From assembly GCA_041748615.1 (NCBI GenBank), contig JBGTCY010000177.1, positions 2,109 through 66,108 on the forward strand: a stretch of DNA of 64,000 bases, read 5' to 3'. The first letter of the stretch is position 1, and every line of letters starts with the position of its first letter. The stretch comes from Chitinophagales bacterium (GTDB taxonomy: Bacteria; Bacteroidota; Bacteroidia; Chitinophagales; CAIOSU01). The notes under the pieces were generated by a model. It worked only from the letters and a program-made list of their open reading frames with translations. It did no database searches and had not been told where the DNA came from. Below, in pieces: positions 27,502-35,294 of this stretch. A program made the position numbers and the translations under genes.

Positions 27502-28350
27502 TTATTTGGTATTTATTTCAAACTCATCACCATCCTGAAAAAAAGGCATTTTCTCTCTGACATCATTCAATCGCTCACAGCTTAAAGAAAATGTTTTTGT
27601 AAATGTTGTATCAGCCTGCGTGAAAATCACTTCGCCCATCGGGTCAATCAACGCGCTGTCGCCAGAATGATAGATGCCATTGCCGTCATTCCCGATGCGG
27701 TTGACAGCCGCGACATAACATTGGTTTTCAATCGCGCGCGCCTGCAATAAATTTTTCCAGGCAAAATTTCTGCGCTCGGGCCAATTCGCTACAAACAGTA
27801 ATAAATCAAATTGTTCGTCCACAGTCCACTGTCCACGGTCAACGGGCGATGGTTGTTTCTGTGGACCGTTGTCTGTGGTCTGTCGTCTATTTCTGCACCA
27901 CACCGGAAATCTCAAATCATAACACACCAATGGACAAATTTTCCAGCCATTCAGCGTAACGATAATTCTTTTTTCTCCTGCTGAATAATGTTGATGTTCA
28001 TTGCCCAAAGTAAAAAGATGACGCTTGTCATAATAGTCAAAATCGCCTTGAGGTCGCATCCAAATCAGGCGGTTGAAAAAGCGGTCATTTTCCCTGATAA
28101 TCATGCTACCGGTGATAACGGCATTTGCGGCTTTTGCCTGTTGCCGCATCCATTGCATGGTTTTTCCATTCATTTCTTCCGCGAGTTTTTTGGGTTGCAT
28201 GGAAAAACCGGTGCTGAACATTTCAGGAATCACAATGAGGTCAGTGGTATTTTTTAACGGAGTGAAAATGTATTCAAACTGACGCAGATTTTCATCAACA
28301 TTTTCCCAATGAAGGGCGGTTTGAATTAAAGTGATTTTCAAGTCGCTCAT
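27502..28350 (-). CDS. Carbon-nitrogen hydrolase (omega-amidase, YafV-like) carrying a ~24-aa in-frame insertion
   Basis: The conserved segments are VIPEMFSTGF (catalytic Glu), YDKRHLF (Lys) and LVCYDLRFPVW (Cys). The insertion RRQTTDNGPQKQPSPVDRGQWTVD lies between CRN and FDLLLFVANWP. Confidence 0.85.
   Translation of the reverse strand: MSDLKITLIQTALHWENVDENLRQFEYIFTPLKNTTDLIVIPEMFSTGFSMQPKKLAEEMNGKTMQWMRQQAKAANAVITGSMIIRENDRFFNRLIWMRPQGDFDYYDKRHLFTLGNEHQHYSAGEKRIIVTLNGWKICPLVCYDLRFPVWCRNRRQTTDNGPQKQPSPVDRGQWTVDEQFDLLLFVANWPERRNFAWKNLLQARAIENQCYVAAVNRIGNDGNGIYHSGDSALIDPMGEVIFTQADTTFTKTFSLSCERLNDVREKMPFFQDGDEFEINTK
27817..27888. repeat. GTCCAC-type repeat element embedded in frame in the hydrolase gene
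   Basis: The sequence is GTCCACAGTCCACTGTCCACGGTC...CTGTGGACCGTTGTCTGTGGTCTGTC. GTCCACAG at 27817-27824 pairs with CTGTGGAC at 27859-27866. The related motif TGGACTATGGACTGT is intergenic at about 21596-21610. Confidence 0.65.
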
Positions 28351-28481
28351 GCTAAAATCAAAATTACCGAAGTTCTTTCGAGTGGTGGAAAACTCCTTCT
28401 CTCCCTTCGTTAATTCAATCTATGCCTTTGCGTGAGCAAGTGCGATTGTCGGGTTGTTGTAGTCCGTAGATATTTCTACTT

Positions 28482-28721
28482 CTAAACTTTTATACGCGTG
28501 AAATGTCTGCTGCCCCGGATTTCTTCTATGATTTGGTCTGCTGACTTTTTGGAAACAAATCCTCCGAAAGCTTTCTTAAATGAAGTCTTTCTTGATTTCA
28601 TATCTGACTTGACAGATTGAGTCAGCCTGGAAATCAAATCCAATTTGAGGTCGGGGCTGAGGTTATCGAGCAATTGAAGATAACCTTCGATGATGGAAGA
28701 ATTAATGTCAGGTGTTTTCAT
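28482..28721 (-). CDS. Small hypothetical protein
   Basis: A 79-aa ORF with no recognisable motif. Confidence 0.4.
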   Translation of the reverse strand: MKTPDINSSIIEGYLQLLDNLSPDLKLDLISRLTQSVKSDMKSRKTSFKKAFGGFVSKKSADQIIEEIRGSRHFTRIKV

Positions 28722-28823
28722 AGAGCGAAGGTAGAAAATTTGTAAGAGAAAATTCTTTCAATTTACCTGCTTTATATGACCCCGTTAGCGCCTGAGTTTA
28801 TCTCTTTTTCCAAGAAGGAGAAA

Positions 28824-29975
28824 TTAAATTCTACACAAAATCTCTCCCGCTTTTTTCAGTGTGTCGTCTTCTTTTGCAAAACAAAACCGCAGCACTTTCT
28901 GGTCAAGTTGGTCGGGATAGAAAAAAGAAACGGGAATGGAAGCAACGCCTTTTTCTTTTGTCCAGCGAACTGCCAGTTCAGTGTCCGCCTCATCGGTAAT
29001 CTTGCTGTAATCCAACAACTGAAAATAGGTGCCGTCTGAGGGTTTTAAGTTAAAGCGCGAATCACTGATGTAAGAATTAAACAAATCACGTTTCTTTTTG
29101 TAGAAATCACCAAGCTGCAGATATTCGTTTCTGTCCTGAATGAAATCCGCGAACGCCATTTGCAACGGACGATTCACCGTGAACACTTCGTATTGATGCA
29201 CCTTGCGGAATTCTTGCATCAACTCATCCGGAGCGACTACATAGCCAAGTTTCCAGCCGGTGACATGATAGGTTTTTCCAAATGAAAACACCACAAAACT
29301 TCTCTCCGCCAGTTCGGGATAATGCAGCACACTTTCGTGGCGATGGTCAAAAATGATATGTTCATAGACCTCATCGCTGATGATGGCGACATTGGTATCG
29401 CGGACAATATTTTGCAGCTCACGCATATCATCCGCTGTGAGAATTGTTCCGGTTGGATTGTGCGGGGTGTTAATGAGAATGAGCCGGGTTTTTTCATTCA
29501 CAGCAGCGCGCACTTGTTGCCAGTCAATTTTAAAATCAGGCGCTTTCATCGAGATAAACACGGGCTTGCTGCCAGACAACACAACGGCAGGCGCATAGGA
29601 ATCATAAGCCGGTGAAAACAATATCACTTCATCGCCCGGCTGAGTCAGAGCGGTGATGGCGACATAAATGGCTTGTGTTCCTCCGGCTGTGATATTGATT
29701 TCGCTGAGCGGATTGTAATTTATCTTGTAGAGTTCTTGAATTTTTTCCGCCACGCGCTCGCGCAACTGCATCAAACCCTGCATAGGCGCATATTGATTTT
29801 CGCCTTTTTTCATGTAATGATGCACCAATTCAATCAGTTTTTCCGAACAATGAAAATCAGGAAATCCCTGCGAAAGGTTAATCGCATTGTGCTCGTGCGC
29901 CAATGCTGTCATTTTGGTGAAAATCGTGACCGGGGTATGGGGAAGTTTGGATTTTATATTTAGCCGGGAATTCAT
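28824..29975 (-). CDS. Class I/II PLP-dependent aminotransferase (methionine aminotransferase YbdL-like)
   Basis: 383 aa with NLSQGFPDF, NTPHNPTG and the PLP-lysine motif SFGKTYHVTGWKLGY. Confidence 0.85.
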   Translation of the reverse strand: MNSRLNIKSKLPHTPVTIFTKMTALAHEHNAINLSQGFPDFHCSEKLIELVHHYMKKGENQYAPMQGLMQLRERVAEKIQELYKINYNPLSEINITAGGTQAIYVAITALTQPGDEVILFSPAYDSYAPAVVLSGSKPVFISMKAPDFKIDWQQVRAAVNEKTRLILINTPHNPTGTILTADDMRELQNIVRDTNVAIISDEVYEHIIFDHRHESVLHYPELAERSFVVFSFGKTYHVTGWKLGYVVAPDELMQEFRKVHQYEVFTVNRPLQMAFADFIQDRNEYLQLGDFYKKKRDLFNSYISDSRFNLKPSDGTYFQLLDYSKITDEADTELAVRWTKEKGVASIPVSFFYPDQLDQKVLRFCFAKEDDTLKKAGEILCRI

Positions 29976-30336
29976 CTTAAATTTTTTTTAGCCACTTAAC
30001 GCTCGACTTTTACCAACATGTTTTCAAGAAAATAATCAAAAATCAAAGTACAAATATCAAATAAAACACAATATAAAATATTGAAATTCCAAACGATAAA
30101 GTGTTTTACCTTATTCATCGTATCATTTTTACCATCAGTAAAGCAGTCCTTTCTCTGATAACCGCTCACCTTGTATTATTGAATTGAAAATTTGAATTTT
30201 GAATTTATTTGCTATTTGATAATTGCTGTTTTGTTTTTTCCGTTCCTGTTTACCGGAATGCTTAATCTGTGAATCTGTGGCAGATTATGTAGCCACTAAT
30301 GCACGAATATTATTTTGAAAATTTCGCGCAAAACTT

Positions 30337-31998
30337 CTAATCCTTCATGATTTTTTTCTTTCCTGATTCTCCTTTCAGGTTCAACTCCGCTTCCATTTCC
30401 CAGTTTGCACGGACATTGACGCGCTCCTGATGGCGATATGTTTTTTCGGGCTGTATACCATTCAGAAAATCACCGGTATCCCATTTTCCATTGGCGTTTA
30501 CATCATACACAATCAGGATTGAGTAACTGCCGGGTTGAAGGAACTCCAACTTCGTTTCAAAATTTCCGATAAATGATTTTTCAAACACCGGCTTGCTCTC
30601 GCCTTTCGATTCCATGGTCAAAAGCATCACATAATTTTGGTTTTCCAACCCGTTCACCCGCAGTGAAATTGTTCCGTAATCTTCCGGTTTTTTCACGGTT
30701 CCCGCCCAATCCACCGAGTCGGACGTTTGCTCCAAATAGTCTGTGAATGTGCCGGCTGGAAATACGATTTTGTAAGCAAGTCCCGGTTGCCGTTTGAATG
30801 ACATTTCCACTTCCCTTAATGATTTTAATTTGATTTCATCTGGCACAAGCCGCAATTCGGGGCTATCGCGTAATACATACACTGCTTCAAAATTTGCCGA
30901 TGACAAAGGTCGGTTTGCCGTCAGCAAGACCGGACCGCTTGGTTCAATGACATTATTTTCCGTTGATAAAAAACCAAAAGCGGGTAACTGCTTTTTGAGT
31001 GAATCTATATGTTCCGGCAAATTTCGAGGGGTGATTTCTTTTTCAACGGTATCATTGATGATGACGCGTAATTGATGTTCCTTGAGCGAGCGGGTGAACC
31101 ACACCTGAAAGGTGTCTCTTTTTTCATTGGCTTCTATAATCTCCGCAGGCAGACTGTCCACTGTGGAAATCACTTTTAAATTTTCAACACTTCCGGAAAA
31201 AAACAGCCTGACATAGCCGGTTTTTGATGCGTCAGAATCGGATAATTGCAATGGAACCGGTTTTGATTCTCTGAACATCGCGAGTGTGATTCCGGCATAA
31301 GAAGCCGTATCATTCAGTACGATGATTTCATTGTGAAACGCGATTTCTTCGTTTGGTAAATCATAGCGATAATTTTGGTTTTCATCCTTCAGCGCAAACA
31401 GCCTGTAACTGCCCGGGCGTAAATTTTCCAACAGAAATGAACCGTCATTATCCGTCAGCGTGAAATAAAAAGGCTTCTTCTTTACAAAAGCAGTGTCTTC
31501 TAAATTTTTATGCAGCAGCACCAATGTTTTTGCGGCAGGCTTGTCTTCTTTTGCAAGAATCACCCTCCCGGAAATCGTGAGGCTGTCTAAATAATCTCCT
31601 GTGGAAAAAACATATTTGAAGCCCGACAACGGATTACTTTCATTCACGTCTTTGAGGGCGTCACCGAAGTTGATAGTGTAAGTGGTGTTGCTGTCTAATA
31701 CCGCTTCTTTCAAATCTATGGTGAGTCGTTTTCCTTTCACTACAAATTTTGGAGGAGGCTCAATCGCGGGAGAAATCACCACTTCCTGCGCGGGGTTGGT
31801 GAGTTGAATATATTCATCAAACTGCATGACAACTTCACTGTGCCTGAAACTTGTCTTGAAATTCTCCGGTGATGATGAAAGGATGACGGGTGGTGTTTCA
31901 TCTTTCGGACCTCCGGTGGGCGTTACGATGTTGGCACAGGAGGTGAAAATGAAAAAAATCAGGAGGGTATAAAAAAATTTAATCTTGGGGGTGAACAA
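30337..31998 (-). CDS. Ig-like-domain lipoprotein (SbsA_Ig-like N-terminus)
   Basis: The signal peptide and lipobox are LLIFFIFTSC, followed by ANIVTPTGGPKDETPPVI, which is typical of this Bacteroidota family. The start codon is TTG. Confidence 0.7.
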   Translation of the reverse strand: MFTPKIKFFYTLLIFFIFTSCANIVTPTGGPKDETPPVILSSSPENFKTSFRHSEVVMQFDEYIQLTNPAQEVVISPAIEPPPKFVVKGKRLTIDLKEAVLDSNTTYTINFGDALKDVNESNPLSGFKYVFSTGDYLDSLTISGRVILAKEDKPAAKTLVLLHKNLEDTAFVKKKPFYFTLTDNDGSFLLENLRPGSYRLFALKDENQNYRYDLPNEEIAFHNEIIVLNDTASYAGITLAMFRESKPVPLQLSDSDASKTGYVRLFFSGSVENLKVISTVDSLPAEIIEANEKRDTFQVWFTRSLKEHQLRVIINDTVEKEITPRNLPEHIDSLKKQLPAFGFLSTENNVIEPSGPVLLTANRPLSSANFEAVYVLRDSPELRLVPDEIKLKSLREVEMSFKRQPGLAYKIVFPAGTFTDYLEQTSDSVDWAGTVKKPEDYGTISLRVNGLENQNYVMLLTMESKGESKPVFEKSFIGNFETKLEFLQPGSYSILIVYDVNANGKWDTGDFLNGIQPEKTYRHQERVNVRANWEMEAELNLKGESGKKKIMKD

Positions 31999-32104
31999 TT
32001 CGGGAGTAGTTTTTTAATATTTTGAAATATTTGTGTCCAAAAAATTATCGATTATTCGCTTCCTCCTATTTGTAAAGGGATGGACTCACATTTTATCTCT
32101 TTTC

Positions 32105-33013
32105 TTACTGTGGCTCAGTGACTTTAACAATTTGCCAAAGACCGTTGTTATTGCGCAAATGGAAAAAATATTTGTAAGAGACATTAGTTCCTTTGCAGGA
32201 GTCAGTCAGGTAATATCCAGATGAAACAATATCAGTTGCATATCTTGAAACGCTTTCATTTTTTTTAGTAGTCATCTCAAGTACATTAGCAGTACAGCCC
32301 CATTTCTTTAAAAAGTCCTCAAATTCCAACCCCCAATCTTTATTGGCTGATAGTAAGTGTGCTTTTTTGAATTTGCCTTTATCTAAATATTTTAAAAATT
32401 TCTTAACGGCATCCTCTGAATTTTGGGGTACTTCTTCCATTTTAAAAGCATCTACCTCCGGATTCTTAGGAAATACCATCCGAACAATTTTCCATTTTCC
32501 ATCAATTTGTTTTAAATGGAAGTCTCTTTCTATTGATTCGCGCTTGCCATTAATTACCGTATTGTAAATGACATTTAGAATGTCTGTTGCTCCATAAATT
32601 GAGAAATATTGTTTTTTAGAAATTTGAACGATAGAAATTTCGCTATGCGTACCCCAAACGTCCTTAGATTGAAATTTGGATAATGGCGACCAAAAATCAT
32701 TTTCAGAATAAGTATATGCTACGGCATAATTTTGATTATTGATAGCCCTAAAAAAATTATCCATTGTCTTTTCTGGGCTTTTATTCGATGTAAATAATGA
32801 CGGAATATCAATAGCATAAAAAATTATCAACCCGATTACAAACACAACCGTGATAATCACAAACCTCTTTATTCTTTGAAATCTAATTTTTCCCGTTGAG
32901 GATTGATAAAATGTTTTTTTACATTTTATGCAAAGAAATGAAACTTGTTCAGGATCATACTCTTTTCCAAATGATATACGGTTTATACAACTCTTTCTGA
33001 TACATATATGCAT
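32105..33013 (-). CDS. Cassette gene 4: zinc-ribbon / single-TM / tandem NTF2-like (DUF4878-like) protein
   Basis: The N-terminus carries C4..C9...C28..C31 (CIRKSC...CIKC). The TM helix is FVIITVVFVIGLIIFYAI. Two ~100-aa repeats each end in G(K/L)W(K/Q)IV(R/K). Confidence 0.7.
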   Translation of the reverse strand: MHICIRKSCINRISFGKEYDPEQVSFLCIKCKKTFYQSSTGKIRFQRIKRFVIITVVFVIGLIIFYAIDIPSLFTSNKSPEKTMDNFFRAINNQNYAVAYTYSENDFWSPLSKFQSKDVWGTHSEISIVQISKKQYFSIYGATDILNVIYNTVINGKRESIERDFHLKQIDGKWKIVRMVFPKNPEVDAFKMEEVPQNSEDAVKKFLKYLDKGKFKKAHLLSANKDWGLEFEDFLKKWGCTANVLEMTTKKNESVSRYATDIVSSGYYLTDSCKGTNVSYKYFFHLRNNNGLWQIVKVTEPQ

Positions 33014-33014
33014 T

Positions 33015-34346
33015 TCATTTGCTTATTTGAAAGAGAATTAGGTTATCTCCGCTTATAGGAAGACGATCAATTGTAATAAACTCATCCTGAGTCTGGTTTT
33101 TATGTTGCTGAATTACATTTGTAATTCCCTGCCTAGTGTTTGGATTATTTTTCGCAATGAATTCGCTTATATTTTGAATAGAAATGTCGCTAAAATGATG
33201 TGATTTGCTCTTTATATACTTTGCAATTTCGTTGAAGGCTTCAGTTTCATTTTTTATCGGAGTTTTTCTTTCTTTAGCGTAGATAATAAACGGTTTGGCT
33301 TTTAAAAAGAACTTATACCACTTACCATCAGATGATAACTTCACAATACAGTATTCATCATCCTCTGGTATGGTTACAACCGTTTCTCTTTCCGGTGAGT
33401 TTATTACCGGTTTTTCCTCCGGATTTTTTTGAATAGGCTTGCTATTTCGCTCATTATTAGATGCAATAATTTTTGATTCCAAATTTGCCAAATGTATCAG
33501 AACTTCCCTTTCAAATCTTTTAGTTCCAAAATGATTATATAGGGAAAGAATTAGAGAAGCAATTACAAGGATTAACAGCAACCAACTTGCATTGTTTATT
33601 AATAAAGCAATAAGGGCGTTTTGATAGTTTGAAGAGGATTCATCAAGAATCTCAATATCTTCTTTTTTTTTATCAGTTTTTTTATTCGTCCAACTTTGTT
33701 CTCCGATTAGTCTTTCTTCTTGTCTTTTTTTATCTCTATCTTGTTGTTCTTTAGCCTTTCGTTCTTCTCTTTCTCGTCTTTCTTTTTCCTGACGTTCTCT
33801 TTCCCGTTTCTTATTATCAATTTTTTCAGGGTCAAGTTCATAAACATCATTTTCATTTCCCTCGGTTGGGACAAGTTGGTTAGAAAATTTTTTGATAAAA
33901 TCAACAACTAAAAGTTCCAGTAATTTATCAAGAGGACTTTTTAATTCATCAAAAGAAAAAACCTGATATTTTTCTATCTTGCCATGACCTTGGTCAAACA
34001 AACCAAGATTTGGATTATATGCACCCTTTTCTAAAAAATTCATGAGAAATTCGTGGATAGAAGCAAAATGCTCCTCTTTTACTTTATGTCCGGCTATTTC
34101 TATCCAAACACCAAAATTCCTACCTCCTCTAAGATTACCGTCCTGACCAATACCCGTTAATCCATAAAGTACATGAATAATGATAGATTTATTTGGTTTG
34201 ACAACATACTCGCTTATAGATTCACCAAATCGCTTTCCGGATTGGTCAAATCCAGAAACTAAATTTGAATAATTCGATGGGTAAGATGAAAATCCTTGTC
34301 CCGGAGCACCAAAAATGAATACCTTGATAAAAGTCTTATCTATCAT
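33015..34346 (-). CDS. Cassette gene 3: unknown N-domain / hyper-charged R-E-K segment / single TM / unknown C-domain protein
   Basis: 443 aa with the charged segment DNKKRERERQEKERREREERKAKEQQDRDKKRQEE and the TM helix ALIALLINNASWLLLILVIASLILSLY. There is a 1-nt gap to gene 4. Confidence 0.7.
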   Translation of the reverse strand: MIDKTFIKVFIFGAPGQGFSSYPSNYSNLVSGFDQSGKRFGESISEYVVKPNKSIIIHVLYGLTGIGQDGNLRGGRNFGVWIEIAGHKVKEEHFASIHEFLMNFLEKGAYNPNLGLFDQGHGKIEKYQVFSFDELKSPLDKLLELLVVDFIKKFSNQLVPTEGNENDVYELDPEKIDNKKRERERQEKERREREERKAKEQQDRDKKRQEERLIGEQSWTNKKTDKKKEDIEILDESSSNYQNALIALLINNASWLLLILVIASLILSLYNHFGTKRFEREVLIHLANLESKIIASNNERNSKPIQKNPEEKPVINSPERETVVTIPEDDEYCIVKLSSDGKWYKFFLKAKPFIIYAKERKTPIKNETEAFNEIAKYIKSKSHHFSDISIQNISEFIAKNNPNTRQGITNVIQQHKNQTQDEFITIDRLPISGDNLILFQISK

Positions 34347-34361
34347 AACATCAAAGCAGAT

Positions 34362-35282
34362 TTACCAATTCCAGCTTCCATCTATGGCTTTTTCAATTGT
34401 TCGCCATAATTTTTCAGGAAAATCATCAGATGAATGTATCCAGCGCTCTCGTTCCTTTTCTTCTCCAACTTTACGTACCTTTTGAAAATCGCCATTGGAG
34501 AATACTACGTAACTTGGTGTTATACCTGTCCTTTCCAGTGCACCGAAAAATTCCTTGTAATCAGGATTACTTCTGAATAGCTTAATAAACTGTTTCTCAT
34601 TCGGCTTACTACCCTCATACAAATCCAGATACTTGTCACATTTATTAAACAATATGATTACGCTATCATGCTTTTTGTTCATCCTTGCTGCAAGGCTGGC
34701 CAATCTTGATGAATAAGCTACTGGGCTACTATTATTCAACATGCCTTCTTCATAAAAAATCACAAAGGCTTTTCTCACTTCTCTGTTAAGTAGAATATCA
34801 GAAATATATGGCGGAAAAGATTCCTTACGGATTTTAATTGGATCAAAATATGCCTCTCCGGGTGCTTCTAAGATTTGACAAAATAATTCAGCATTTTTGT
34901 AGATGTCAAGTAGCAAAAAATTAATTTCTCCTGTTCGTTCAGGGCTATAATGGTGGTCGTCAAGCTCTTTCATAAAACTTTCCACAGCTATATTATATGC
35001 TTCATCAGTTCTGAAGGTTTTATTTGGGCGTAGGCTCACTTTTTCATTCCGTTGCAAAAATATAGCGAGCCTCATTAAAGTTATGGTCTTGCCTACTTCT
35101 CTCGGACCTATCAATAATACTACATCATTTTTTAAACGGCCTGTAATAATTGTAGTTGGGTCAGTATATGCAGAACTTTCTTTACGTTGGTCGTCTTGTG
35201 TTTCTTGATTTCCTTTTTTAGGAATAGCAGAAGATGTACTATTGTTTACATCATCGTAGATATTATCTTTTTCTTCATTCAT
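34362..35282 (-). CDS. Cassette gene 2: Ras-like/TRAFAC-class P-loop GTPase with a disordered N-terminal tail
   Basis: G1 is GPREVGKT (nt 35085-35108). The G3-like motif is ILEAPGE (34854-34871). G4 is NKCD (34635-34646). A G5-like motif is FSNG. Confidence 0.8.
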   Translation of the reverse strand: MNEEKDNIYDDVNNSTSSAIPKKGNQETQDDQRKESSAYTDPTTIITGRLKNDVVLLIGPREVGKTITLMRLAIFLQRNEKVSLRPNKTFRTDEAYNIAVESFMKELDDHHYSPERTGEINFLLLDIYKNAELFCQILEAPGEAYFDPIKIRKESFPPYISDILLNREVRKAFVIFYEEGMLNNSSPVAYSSRLASLAARMNKKHDSVIILFNKCDKYLDLYEGSKPNEKQFIKLFRSNPDYKEFFGALERTGITPSYVVFSNGDFQKVRKVGEEKERERWIHSSDDFPEKLWRTIEKAIDGSWNW

Positions 35283-35294
35283 GGTAGTTAGTTT

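Noticed and set aside
28351-28481. A possible decayed PIN toxin downstream of the 79-aa ORF 28482..28721, which would make that ORF an orphan antitoxin
   Set aside because: Translating the 130-nt gap gives only about 20 codons (EVEISTDYNNPTIALAHAKA) with no PIN signature. My idea that the 79-aa protein is antitoxin-like rests on vague recollection only.
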